Positions 47,327-56,923 are shown, numbered from the stretch's first letter. The stretch: 64,000 nucleotides of DNA from an uncultured bacterium (GCA_947085985.1 CAMTYL010000003.1:362108-426107); one strand, 5' to 3'. The notes: a model not told the origin generated them from the sequence alone. Numbers and translations are program-made.

Positions 47327-48002
47327 GGTGGAATGGCTTGGGAATTTCCTTATCTAAAATCTCGCGCTGCAGGTACTTCGCCTTGGTGCGAATAGTCGCA
47401 CCCTTCTCTGGTGCTCGGTCCTTGGTGGCCTCCATGCGCTTTTGTTCAAGCCAGCTCTCTAGTCGTCGCTTTTCACGCTGCTGTTTTTCATATGCTTCTG
47501 CAATACGTGCTTGTACCTTCTCTCGCTCAACGAGATAGTCCGAGTAGTTTCCTGTGAAGGAACTAATTGATTTAGTTGCAGGGTCTATCTCAAGAATTCG
47601 CGTGACACGTGCCGCATGCATAAGCTCTGCATTCTCAGAAGCGATAAGTACTCCACCTCGGAACTGAGCAACGAAACGCTGCAGCGCCTGCATATCAACT
47701 GCAGGGCTCGCTCCATGCGTATCAATGATAAGAACGGTTGGTCTGGCATGAAGTACGCGCGCAAGTGCGTCAGCGCCCCCTTCAAGAATCTCTGGCGAAA
47801 CGTATCCCACGCGCTCCCCGTCGCACGTAATGCTCCCTTCGTCCATCTCGTCCTCGTCCGCTATAACGCGCAAAAAGGCCGTGACATCGCTTGCCCTGGC
47901 ACCAAGCACGCCCACACGCTCGCCAGTGGCTACGACCACATTAACCTTCTCAAAGAGAGGTTCACCGAGGACGTCTACTCTAAGCTGCTTAATAACTATC
48001 AT
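47307..48002 (-). CDS. ABC-F-like ATPase-domain protein with degenerate Walker A (non-canonical)
   Basis: ABC-domain-like fold, C-terminal NYSDYLVEREK...QQREKRRLESWLEQKR typical of ABC-F linker; no GxxGxGKS. Confidence 0.5.
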   Translation of the reverse strand: MIVIKQLRVDVLGEPLFEKVNVVVATGERVGVLGARASDVTAFLRVIADEDEMDEGSITCDGERVGYVSPEILEGGADALARVLHARPTVLIIDTHGASPAVDMQALQRFVAQFRGGVLIASENAELMHAARVTRILEIDPATKSISSFTGNYSDYLVEREKVQARIAEAYEKQQREKRRLESWLEQKRMEATKDRAPEKGATIRTKAKYLQREILDKEIPKPFHLEQDGQ

Positions 48003-48536
48003 GGTCCTCTATTAGTAGCACACTATACGTATGTTGCTACATAGCACTGCCACTTCGCCAAATTTTTCTTACTCAGTTGCCTTTTCAGTTCGCAGTCGAT
48101 GTGCCTCGTATTCGTATGTTCACTCATACAAGTTGCGGGACTAGGAACGCGATTACGCTTCTCGCCCACGAGTCCTAGTTCGTGTATCTTACCAATCTCT
48201 GCACCACAGGAGTACTTCCAATTTCTAATCGCCTCGCTCAAGAAATCTAGGTCGGGCACCGCCTCCTGGTTTTGCCTGCTGGAAAAAATCCGACGTTCAT
48301 ACCCCGCCGGGCATACTGATGCATAAGTCCTAGACGCGAGTGCCCCGCACTCGCTTCCCGAGCCACGCAAAAACCGCCCCTTAGGGCGGCTTTTTGCTGG
48401 CTGCCAGGTTTGGACGCGTTCAGAACAATTGACTGGAAGGGTCTCGTCCAAGGCCTCGCATTTATGGGCCCTTGTTCCAGTTTTAAAAAGACCCGCCTTT
48501 GAGGGGCGGGTCTTTTAAGAACAGTCGCATCGCGTG

Positions 48537-49091
48537 TTAGTGCCTAGCGACCAGAAGAGCGTTCGTGGCGACGTCGGCCATGGTCTCGTAGAACGGGAAC
48601 GGTTTTCCGTATGCCTCGCTCAACTCGAAAAGAATGACATCGAGACCGTGGAAGCCAGGGTCTCCACCTACCACCATGCGGACATTCATCGTCTCCGCAA
48701 AGGCAGTGAACTTCCCAATTTCACGGCGGGTGTCCATGGCGTATGGCTCAGGTCCCGGATGAGGTTTGGTGATGCTCTCGCGACCCAGCCAGAAGATGAT
48801 GCAACCCGGCACGGCTGGCTCAAGCCCGGCTTGCTTCAGATAGTGGCGTTCCCACACGAGTTGCCGGTTATCCGCTTGCGAGAACGGTTGATGGAAGTGA
48901 CGCGCCAAACGGTGCGCACCATCCCAACGTGACGGACAGGCAATATTCGCCGACGGCTCCTGAGTCAGAATCTGCTCCGCCATTCCTGACTGCCAGTCGC
49001 CACCACCACGAATGGGGCCGGCGAGAAACAGTAGGGGTGAATCAGTCGTTGGCTGAAGCGCTACGATTTGTTTTGGAACATAGATGGGCAT
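48537..49091 (-). CDS. Nucleoside 2-deoxyribosyltransferase-like protein, high-GC, flanked by terminator hairpins
   Basis: LFLAGPIRGGGDWQ motif; hairpins at 48370-48395, 48485-48520, 49112-49140. Confidence 0.45.
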   Translation of the reverse strand: MPIYVPKQIVALQPTTDSPLLFLAGPIRGGGDWQSGMAEQILTQEPSANIACPSRWDGAHRLARHFHQPFSQADNRQLVWERHYLKQAGLEPAVPGCIIFWLGRESITKPHPGPEPYAMDTRREIGKFTAFAETMNVRMVVGGDPGFHGLDVILFELSEAYGKPFPFYETMADVATNALLVARH

Positions 49092-49249
49092 ACGCCCTCC
49101 TTTCTTTTAGGTTAAACAAAACCGCCTTAGGCGGGTCTGTTTAACTTATACCACAAATAAGAATTTGAAGTCCTGGAGAAGAATACTCCAGGTGTTCTGA
49201 CGTCCAATTCCCCTACCTGTAGAACCACATACTTAAGGGGTGAAAAAAT

Positions 49250-49388
49250 GGGCTGGCCATCTCGAGTTCGAACCGTATAGAACCAAGCCCTGCTTAGTCC
49301 GTTTGGTGAGTTTTCAGAAACCAAAACGACGCGTCTCGTGCACCTAGGAAAGTTACAAAAGTGACACAGGAATGAGGTTTTGGTGTCA
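49250..49388 (-). repeat. Copy A of a ~130-nt conserved 3'-UTR element with terminator hairpin (after RT2 stop)
   Basis: ~85% identical to 56290-56420; imperfect hairpin gggctgg...ccaagccc followed by U-run in minus sense. Confidence 0.6.
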
Positions 49389-49389
49389 C

Positions 49390-50385
49390 TTAAATAGTTA
49401 CACTATCCTGTAACGTTTGGACTCTGGTGGCGAGCTTTCTCGTATTTCCATGAGACATTAGGCCGAAATATGAACTCAGTCGTTCCTTGGACGTATTGTT
49501 CCTGAGCTTCGTAAACATCCTCCTTTTACTTACAGTCCTCAATACCCTGTGATCTGAGAAATGCACCCAGCCAAGAAAGTCCACGCCCGACGCAAAGGAC
49601 TTTATATATACCTTGTCCGGGTGCATGGTTAGTCCAAGATTGGTTTCTAGGAATTCATTCAACTGAGGGATGAGTGATTCAAGGTATCCTCGGTCTTCAC
49701 TGAGGAATACGAAATCATCAGCGTAGCGTATGTAGTACTTTGCCCGGAGACGGTGTTTAACGAACTGGTCGAATTCATTCATATACACGTTCGCGAAGAG
49801 TTGTGATGTGAGATTGCCAAGAGGTAGTCCCGTTTTAGGTGTAACCTCGAAGCTGGAGATTATCTCTCGTAAAAGATTCAGAATGTCTGGATCAGGAATA
49901 TGGGATTCAAGAATGGTCATCAGTTTGTTGTGCTTCATGGAGGCAAAGAACTTCCTGATATCGCACTTCAATACCCAGACCGTTCGAGTGTTATTGCGTC
50001 CTACCTTCTGAGAGAAAGCTTTGAATCTATCGAGAGCTTTATGTATGCCCTTTCCGTCACGACAGGAGTACGAGTCATGGATAAAGGTAGTATCAAAGAA
50101 TGGATATAGTTGGCGATATAGAGCGTGGTGCAGGAGCCGATCACGCACATTAGCCTTATGAATAATGCGAGGCTTGGGGTCAGAGATATTGAAACTTATA
50201 TATCCGCCATTGCGATACGACCTATTCTTTAAATCAGCGTGTAGGTCGAGGACGTGTCCCATGAGATTCGTTTCAAACTCCCGCACATCCTTTCGGGCGC
50301 GTTTTCCGTTCAAAAACTCTCGCCATGCGTCGAGTAGATTCTCCGTCGAGATGATATCTTGATATCTATGTCCGTACGCTCTCAT
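49390..50385 (-). CDS. DGR reverse transcriptase, copy 2 (paralog, ~60% aa identity to copy 1)
   Basis: YADD, LPLGNLTSQLFANVYMNEFD motifs. Confidence 0.85.
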   Translation of the reverse strand: MRAYGHRYQDIISTENLLDAWREFLNGKRARKDVREFETNLMGHVLDLHADLKNRSYRNGGYISFNISDPKPRIIHKANVRDRLLHHALYRQLYPFFDTTFIHDSYSCRDGKGIHKALDRFKAFSQKVGRNNTRTVWVLKCDIRKFFASMKHNKLMTILESHIPDPDILNLLREIISSFEVTPKTGLPLGNLTSQLFANVYMNEFDQFVKHRLRAKYYIRYADDFVFLSEDRGYLESLIPQLNEFLETNLGLTMHPDKVYIKSFASGVDFLGWVHFSDHRVLRTVSKRRMFTKLRNNTSKERLSSYFGLMSHGNTRKLATRVQTLQDSVTI

Positions 50386-50427
50386 ACCTCCAAGGCTACC
50401 CCCCCCCCGACACTTCCAGTGCTAGTG

Positions 50428-50760
50428 CAGGTCAAAAGTGTGTATATCCTTTGGAACTCTTACGCCGCAAAAATTCCTAAGACCGCTAAGTACTCTCTTG
50501 GTCTCAAGATAGATAATCTGTTTATAGATACGATTGAAGCAATTTCAATTGCCGCATTCCTACAGCGTGCCGAGAAACTTCCCTATCTCAAGAGAGCAAT
50601 TGCGCGAGTCGATACCCTGAAAGTCTTTCTACAGCTTGTATGGGAAATGAAGCTACTAGATACTAAGCAGTATGCGGAGATTTCAGAGAAGCTCTCGGAA
50701 GTAGGAAAAATGCTTGGAGGCTGGTACGGACAGGTAGTAAAGCAAAACTCCCCTGCATAG
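50428..50760 (+). CDS. avd: Avd-like four-helix-bundle protein, copy 2 (antisense to RT/TR strand); start uncertain
   Basis: ...KYSLGLKIDNLFIDTIEAI...LKVFLQLVWEMKLLDTKQYAEISEKLSEVGKMLGGW. Confidence 0.65.
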   Translation, partial: QVKSVYILWNSYAAKIPKTAKYSLGLKIDNLFIDTIEAISIAAFLQRAEKLPYLKRAIARVDTLKVFLQLVWEMKLLDTKQYAEISEKLSEVGKMLGGWYGQVVKQNSPA

Positions 50761-50781
50761 GCAGGAGAGAAATGAAGTAAG

Positions 50782-50907
50782 TTGCGAAGACGGAACACGA
50801 TGCGATTGTCGAGGTTCCACTGATTGTCGGGATTCGTCCAGTTCGTATTGAGCCACTGCTTGCCGTCCGAGTTCCGCTTGACGTTGAAGACGTTCGGGTT
50901 GCCGTCG
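50782..50907 (-). repeat. DGR template repeat TR2
   Basis: ~126 bp matching 51274-51398; ~24 mismatches, all TR-adenine (T on plus strand). Confidence 0.8.
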
Positions 50908-51257
50908 GAATCGGTTTGAGCGCCACACCATCTGTACCACCACCCCTTGAAAGTTCTTGGGGTTGAATCTTATGTGTGATCGTAATCACCAGTGTGACGC
51001 ACCAAGTATCTTCATTTTTGAAGTTTCTGCATACACCACGCTAGTTCAAATCGTAGTCGGAACTATTCTGGGTTGTATGGATACTGGGTTCGGTAGCAGA
51101 CGAGCCTATGGCTCCCGCGTATTCACCTACTGCCGTTTTTAAATATACCGTATGTAAATGTAGAAAGTCCCCGGGCGCATCACTGCGGCCGGGGACCCTT
51201 GATCGGAAGGACAAAGTATCAGAGGGACAAAGAGCCGAAGCTCTAGTCCCAAGGATC

Positions 51258-51956
51258 TTAGTCCTGAGTGACCTTGCGAAGACGGAACACGATGCGATTG
51301 CCGAGGCTCCACTGATTGCCGGGATGCGTCCAGTCCGCAATGAGCCACCGCTCGCCGCCCGAGCCCCGCCCGACGCGGAAGACGCTCGGGCGGCCGCCGG
51401 AAGCGGTAATCCGTTCCATCGCGATCCAGAGGACTTCGCCGTTGGGCTGATCCTTGTACTGGTCGCGGATGTGCGGACCCGCTTCCGCCGGAAGCAGTTC
51501 GACGACGTGGCCGTCGAGCCGTTCGGCGTTCTGCGCGCTCCACTCGGCAAGCCGGGTGGGATCGAGCAGTTCGGTCGTGGTCGGCATGCGCTCATAGCCG
51601 AAGTCGGCAGGGGTGAGGATGATCGTATCGATTTCCTCCTCCTTGTCGAGCGTCGTGAAGGCGTGGTTGTTGACCAGGCTCTTGGCGTAGTCGCTGACCG
51701 TGAAGCCAGCTTCGACGCGCTTGATGAGCGCCTTCTTGGCGACGCCGCCGATCAGGAACGTCCGCCACTTGGCGAACGCAGGCGTGACCACCAACAGGGG
51801 CGGTTCGGGCGTCTTCCCTTCGATGACGGCCTGGAGGGCCTTCATCACGTCGTCGAAGTTGGCATAGGAGCCGGACTTCACACGCCGGAACAGGTCGTTT
51901 TGGCGGACGGCGAGCTGACCCAGCTGACCGTCGGTGACAAGAGTCTTGGTATTCAT
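51258..51956 (-). CDS. DGR target (variable) protein 2 (233 aa from ATG 51956), paralog of target 1
   Basis: Shared FTVSDYAKSL../ISYLGDNFKGNF.. core and VR-encoded C-terminus ...ERWLIADWTHPGNQWSLGNRIVF. Confidence 0.7.
   Translation of the reverse strand: MNTKTLVTDGQLGQLAVRQNDLFRRVKSGSYANFDDVMKALQAVIEGKTPEPPLLVVTPAFAKWRTFLIGGVAKKALIKRVEAGFTVSDYAKSLVNNHAFTTLDKEEEIDTIILTPADFGYERMPTTTELLDPTRLAEWSAQNAERLDGHVVELLPAEAGPHIRDQYKDQPNGEVLWIAMERITASGGRPSVFRVGRGSGGERWLIADWTHPGNQWSLGNRIVFRLRKVTQD
51274..51398 (-). repeat. DGR variable repeat VR2 at the 3' end of target gene 51258-51956
   Basis: Pairs with TR2; A-specific substitution pattern. Confidence 0.8.
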
Positions 51957-52357
51957 GATATACCTCGTCGTGACAGTACTTTGCCGTTCAAGCTCACCAG
52001 TGTTCGGGTTCGCCACAGCGGAGAATGGCCTAGATAAGCCGCTCTTCGCTGTGGCGAATTCGCAAGGTTTTCAAGGAACAAGTCCGTACCACAGTATCAC
52101 AATATACGGGTAAAGTCAAGTCATTTTGACCGTTCCCGCTCAGAAGAATATCCTTATCAAATATGAGCCAAATAGTTATCGGGGTCGTCATTGCCGTTAT
52201 ATCGGCCATCATCATTTCCCTATTCCGAATTGGTGGAAATCAGAACGTAACGGTACATCACGTACAAAGCACTCATCGTGCTGGGACTCTTTGGAAACTA
52301 ATGATTGTTCTAGGCTGGGGCAGTGAAGTTCCCTCGCGAAGGAGCGGAGCAGCTTAT

Positions 52358-52645
52358 TCAGCAGATCGTACACTTTGGTGTCGAGAAGCATGACGACCTT
52401 GCAGACGCGTTCTCTGCTCTCGTCTTGGACGCGATTGCCGATCCTCCAAGAACCTTCAGGAGGAACTCTGTAAAAGCAGGATCGTCTTTTGAAACCTCTA
52501 TATCAATATCTATATCAGTAAGGTTCCGGGGTACTCCGTATGCATAACAAGCGAAGCCACCTGTTATACACCAACGCAGATTCAGTTTATCCAGAATTGG
52601 GATAATGAATGAGAGCGCTTCGTGTGCTTTTTGTTGTTCAGGAGT
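52358..52645 (-). CDS. Nucleotidyltransferase-domain protein (minimal NTase/ANT-like); C-terminal tail atypical, possibly truncated at ~52440
   Basis: LRWCITGGFACYAYGVPRNLTDIDIDIE (GG...DID motif). Confidence 0.45.
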   Translation of the reverse strand, partial: TPEQQKAHEALSFIIPILDKLNLRWCITGGFACYAYGVPRNLTDIDIDIEVSKDDPAFTEFLLKVLGGSAIASKTRAENASARSSCFSTPKCTIC

Positions 52646-52652
52646 CATAAGG

Positions 52653-53150
52653 TTAGTTGTTTTGAGCTTCCTCAAAGAAGAGAATTTCTCGTGGAAGAAT
52701 ATACTCTCCCTCCCATTGTGTCGGGGTGCTTTCACTCAATAACCGCATTACTTCTTCAATCGGGAGCCATAGAGTCTGAAAACCTCTTTCTTTTTCACTC
52801 TCAGTTAGTTGAGGTTCACCCTTATCCCCTACTAACTTTGCAAGATAGCAATATGAAATCTGCTTTTCATTATCTTCCTTCCAATATTCAGTCGTAAAGC
52901 CAAGTTCCCGTATCACCTCAATTTCGCATCCTATCTCTTCCTGACATTCTCGGTTAAGGGCAATAATCTTATCTTCATCGCCTTCTAGTCCACCACCAGG
53001 AAGCTTGTAGTAGTTATCTCTACTTACATTTAGTAAGGCGATTAATCCTTGGTCATCGGATACGATTGCTCGCGCTGCTTCTCGTATTTTGTATCCCGAA
53101 GCTTCTTCGTGAGAGACATTTCTAGGATTAATTAGGCCAAGATCTTTCAT
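52653..53150 (-). CDS. NUDIX hydrolase
   Basis: Nudix box GGGLEGDEDKIIALNRECQEEIGCEI. Confidence 0.7.
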   Translation of the reverse strand: MKDLGLINPRNVSHEEASGYKIREAARAIVSDDQGLIALLNVSRDNYYKLPGGGLEGDEDKIIALNRECQEEIGCEIEVIRELGFTTEYWKEDNEKQISYCYLAKLVGDKGEPQLTESEKERGFQTLWLPIEEVMRLLSESTPTQWEGEYILPREILFFEEAQNN

Positions 53151-53153
53151 AAC

Positions 53154-53876
53154 TTAAAACTTTTTAAACCATTTGACCGTCGCCTTATATAAAGCTTCTT
53201 GCTTCCCGTCTTCTGAGAAATTATGATGAGCGCCCTTTATTACTACAAGTTCTTTCTTCTGGGTAGTTCCCTTGAACATCTTCTGTGCGCCATCTAGGTT
53301 TCCATCTATATTGTCGTCTACAGTGATGTAAGAAATTGGTTGCTCGAATGTCTTGAGTAGATCAACAGATTTGATTGTGTGGGAATCCTTGGCCATCTGC
53401 TCACCGACGACAATGTAGTACCCGAAATCAACGAGGCGACCTTTTGGCTTCTCAATACGTTCAGGCATATCAACATGGTTCGTGGGAAGTATAGAGCCGT
53501 CCCAAGCGGCAACTGCCGTAAAGCTTCGGTCTTTGGTATGAAGAATTGATGGGAATCCGTAGCTGTGTCCTGTGATGAAGATCTTCTTCGCACCCTTAGA
53601 TTTCAAGTACTTTAGAACAGAATCAATATCCTCTCCGTGCGTCGAGAAAGTGGTCTCATCCAGTCTCCTTGAGCCCTTTTCCCAAGCATATAGATTGAAT
53701 CGTAAAGATGAGAATCCCTGCTTTTCAAAGTATCGAGCTGCGTTATATTGCAACGCTGTATTCATATCTCCTGCCAGGCCATGTACTTGCACGATGACAG
53801 GTTTACGCAAAGAACCGCGAAGAATGGCCTGAATGGTCTTCCCTCCAGTGGTCTTTATTTTGAGTACCTTTTCCAT
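53154..53876 (-). CDS. Alpha/beta-hydrolase (dienelactone-hydrolase-like)
   Basis: ITGHSYG nucleophile elbow. Confidence 0.65.
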   Translation of the reverse strand: MEKVLKIKTTGGKTIQAILRGSLRKPVIVQVHGLAGDMNTALQYNAARYFEKQGFSSLRFNLYAWEKGSRRLDETTFSTHGEDIDSVLKYLKSKGAKKIFITGHSYGFPSILHTKDRSFTAVAAWDGSILPTNHVDMPERIEKPKGRLVDFGYYIVVGEQMAKDSHTIKSVDLLKTFEQPISYITVDDNIDGNLDGAQKMFKGTTQKKELVVIKGAHHNFSEDGKQEALYKATVKWFKKF

Positions 53877-53923
53877 ATCTTAATTGTATCGCAGGCACCC
53901 GAAAAGGAAACGACGTGTTCTAA

Positions 53924-54364
53924 TCACTGAATATCCTGTTTGGGAGCATTGGGGAAATTGACCTCATCCCAGAGCGAAACGATCTGTGGCTTCAGCATCC
54001 AGTACGCCCTTCCTTCTGGAGTATTCGCAAGCACTTCTTGTAAACGCTCTGGTTTATCTCCAAACTTATTTCCGTATAGCTGATTAACCCTCTCAACATC
54101 ATCAAGAGCAACTTCAAATGCCTCTCCCACTATTTGCACTGCTTGTTTATGTTCTGAATCATGCACTACAGTGGCGGCTGCTTTTGGATTGTTTAGTATC
54201 TCCTTAGAGTGCTGTCGGGAACGTGCCGAAGTCCAATAGAGATTACCCTCCTCATCAGCGACAAAGTATACGTTACAGATCCACGGACCATTCTCGCCCA
54301 CAGTCGCCAACTGCATAAGCTTGTTAGCACTTAAAAATTCTTTGAGGATATCCTTCGGGTTCAT
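53924..54364 (-). CDS. Pyridoxamine 5'-phosphate oxidase-like FMN-binding protein (general stress protein 26 family)
   Basis: 146 aa, PNPOx-like split-barrel pattern. Confidence 0.6.
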   Translation of the reverse strand: MNPKDILKEFLSANKLMQLATVGENGPWICNVYFVADEEGNLYWTSARSRQHSKEILNNPKAAATVVHDSEHKQAVQIVGEAFEVALDDVERVNQLYGNKFGDKPERLQEVLANTPEGRAYWMLKPQIVSLWDEVNFPNAPKQDIQ

Positions 54365-54711
54365 AAGGCAACTATATCTGCAACGATCTCAGGAAAAGTT
54401 GCATCGTTAAAATGCTTTCTGTCTTCAAAGATTCGAGTCTGCGCCGAAGGTAGTTCCTTGTGGTATCGCTCAAAGTTACTGAACGGAACACTCTCATCGT
54501 CTTTGCTATGGTAGAGAATTATTTCGCCTCCTTGTCTTTCCAGATCAGAAAGATCGGTCAGGATATTGAAGTCTACATACGGATGGTCGTCCAGAGCGTT
54601 GTATGGAGCTGCCACTAAAAGCGTGGCTTTTATCTTCATTGGGTACTTCTCCTCGGAGAGATACTTTGCGAGGAATATTCCACCGTATGCCGGAAAACAC
54701 GAACCGATCAT
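54361..54711 (-). pseudogene. C-terminal fragment of a YdeN/RBBP9-type alpha/beta hydrolase (N-terminal nucleophile half missing)
   Basis: Retains ...LVAAPYN...ILYHSKDDESVPF... C-terminal half only; abuts recombinase fragment. Confidence 0.45.
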
Positions 54712-55222
54712 AAGCCAGGAGCTTTTTAGAAAGGTTCAGGAAAAACTAGACACCAACACACATGAGAGCAAGGGCGATAAAGAATTCGCTTTCACCAAGC
54801 TCATGAAGTGTGGCATGTGTAAATCAGGCGTAACGGCTGAAGAGAAATACAAAAATCTTGCTGATGGATCAATCAGAAAGTACATCTACTACGGGTGCAC
54901 CAAATTTCATGACAAGAACTGCAAAAACACTTACTTACCTGAAACTGATCTAATCTATCAGCTTACTGAAATTATTGATCGCATAGACATCAATCAGGTC
55001 GGTGTTAAGGATAAGCTTGAAAAAGAGATCGAACGCTATGTAGATTTCAGAAGTAAGGTTTTAGGAATGACCGAGGATGACAAGATACGCCAGAATCGTC
55101 TAGATATTCGAGGCTACATGAAATACATTCTTGAGAAAGGTGCGATTCAGGAAAAACGAGAATTAATGCAATCGTTTACGAGCCGACTAATACTCATTAA
55201 TAAAAGAGTTGTACTGGAGTAA
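54690..55222 (+). pseudogene. C-terminal fragment (zinc-ribbon + coiled-coil) of a large serine recombinase; catalytic resolvase domain absent
   Basis: HEPIISQELFRKVQEKL followed by CGMCKSG...YYGCTKFHDKNC zinc ribbon; no upstream resolvase domain. Confidence 0.6.
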
Positions 55223-55231
55223 GTGTGAAAT

Positions 55232-56215
55232 TTATTTAGTAAGCACCTCTACCAATGAGTCTAAATTCTCAGAAAGATATTTGATTCTCTTGTGATCGTC
55301 AAAGAGGAAATGGTCTACACGAGTATTTCCTTTCAGGTAATGCTCACTCTCTACCCAGAAACCGTGAATGGTTTTAACGAAGTAAAGCTGCAAACCTCTT
55401 TTAATCTCATCTTTCGATATCGGGTAAACGCTTGAGTACGCATCTATATATTTTCTCGCATTCTCCAAATCAGCTTTTGTAACGTCTGCGGAGAGAAGTC
55501 CGTATATCATCGACCTGAAGATTTCATATGTTCTAGGAGAATAGTTTGTCTTCTCAAGATCAAACACCCACTTCACCTTGTCCTCCTCATCAAAGAAGAC
55601 ATTATGATCAAGATAGTCACCATGTATCAAATGGTCGCAGTTTAAGCCCAAACTCTCAAAAGTCATTGTGTTTTTTAAAAGAAGCCCCTTTTTCATCTGC
55701 ACATTTTCAAGCGCAACTTTATCAAAATCACTCAGAAGGCTGACCTCTGATATTTTAACTAAGATATCTTCGATCTTCTTAAATGTCTTTTCTTCATTCT
55801 CAATCTTAAACTGATCGTCTATAGCCAGTTTTGATTCTTTGCCGAGGAGATGAATCTTTCCCAACATTTGACCAAGAGAAATAATGGACGCTTCAGTCAG
55901 ATTACCCCTTTCAAGATGCTTGCCTTCGACAAAAGGAAATAGTGCGTAATAAGCACCATCATGTTCAAAAAATGTATTTCCATCTAAAAGTGATATAGGA
56001 AGAATCACTGGAATACCACCGTCAGCAAAATACTTTTTGGAAGCATGGACTTCGGCAATTCGATTAGAGTTATCAAACCTGTACTTCTTTAAAAAGAACC
56101 TGGTCGTTCCGTCTGAAAGAAAATAATTATCGCTTAAAAAGCCTCTTGTTACCTTTTCAGAAGAGGAGACGTTGGTTCCATACAAATGATTTATTTTTAC
56201 TAAAATCTCTTCCAT
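55232..56215 (-). CDS. Phosphotransferase-family kinase (APH/choline-kinase-like)
   Basis: LIHGDYLDHNVFFDEE...WVFDLE (HGD catalytic loop, D...DLE). Confidence 0.7.
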   Translation of the reverse strand: MEEILVKINHLYGTNVSSSEKVTRGFLSDNYFLSDGTTRFFLKKYRFDNSNRIAEVHASKKYFADGGIPVILPISLLDGNTFFEHDGAYYALFPFVEGKHLERGNLTEASIISLGQMLGKIHLLGKESKLAIDDQFKIENEEKTFKKIEDILVKISEVSLLSDFDKVALENVQMKKGLLLKNTMTFESLGLNCDHLIHGDYLDHNVFFDEEDKVKWVFDLEKTNYSPRTYEIFRSMIYGLLSADVTKADLENARKYIDAYSSVYPISKDEIKRGLQLYFVKTIHGFWVESEHYLKGNTRVDHFLFDDHKRIKYLSENLDSLVEVLTK

Positions 56216-56289
56216 AAATGCAATTATAACCTTTCTGTACCTTAAGCTGTACTTACAGCAATTCGACCCGTCTAGGTCGCCGGGTACCA

Positions 56290-56420
56290 AAAACTAAGCT
56301 GCTGGCCGTCTCGAGTTAGAACCGTGGCCGGTCAAGCCCTGCTTGGTCCGTTTGATGAGTTTTCAAAATCCAAAACGACCCGTCTCGAGCGCTTTCAAAG
56401 TGACAAAAGTGACACTCCCC
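56290..56420 (-). repeat. Copy B of the ~130-nt conserved 3'-UTR element (after stop of 56420-56923 gene)
   Basis: ~85% identical to 49250-49388. Confidence 0.6.
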
Positions 56421-56923
56421 TAGGATGTTGGCCAGAGCTTCTTTTTGAAGTAAAAGTAAAGTGTAAAAAGGATTACCGAAACTCCTACTGGTGGAAACGC
56501 ATAGAGAGTAAGGGCAAATAAGTTATATCCAATCGAGAGAATTCCATTGAGGATATCTACAACCAAGGGAACGATTACAAAGAACATCGCACCCATGAGG
56601 AGTACCCAGATGATTGCCTTTGCCTCCTTGAACGATTGCCAATCCCCAAGTATCCGATACAACCCTTTGTAAAACTTAATCTTATATAGAAAGGCACCGA
56701 GGGTAACGAACGTAAGTGCGCTGTAGAAGATACGCACGAATATAGACGGTGGGTCTATCGGACTGATATCTGTCCACGTGAAGGACTTCCCCATTCCATA
56801 AACCCACAGCAAAAATGCGAGAGTACAGATAACGGAGAAGGCCGCCCCTGATAGAATCTCTTTTCTATATTTTCTCAGTATCCTTCCGTACCAGCTCATT
56901 TTAGTTTCTTCGGTAAAGCCCAA
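56420..56923 (-). CDS. Hypothetical 4-TM membrane protein
   Basis: 167 aa, four hydrophobic helices; overlaps upstream HNH gene by 23 nt (operon). Confidence 0.5.
   Translation of the reverse strand: MGFTEETKMSWYGRILRKYRKEILSGAAFSVICTLAFLLWVYGMGKSFTWTDISPIDPPSIFVRIFYSALTFVTLGAFLYKIKFYKGLYRILGDWQSFKEAKAIIWVLLMGAMFFVIVPLVVDILNGILSIGYNLFALTLYAFPPVGVSVILFTLYFYFKKKLWPTS

Noticed and set aside
48023-48451. 142-aa minus-strand ORF in the 48.0-48.5 kb hairpin-rich intergenic region
   Set aside because: Composition and the overlapping terminator hairpins suggest a non-coding region. The ORF has no homology features.
49240-49300. tRNA-like appearance (GGTTCGAAC T-loop-like string and GGGCTTG...CCAGCCC acceptor-like pairing) on the minus strand downstream of RT2
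   Set aside because: No D-arm or anticodon arm could be built and the T-stem does not pair. It is better explained as a terminator hairpin within the repeated 3' element.
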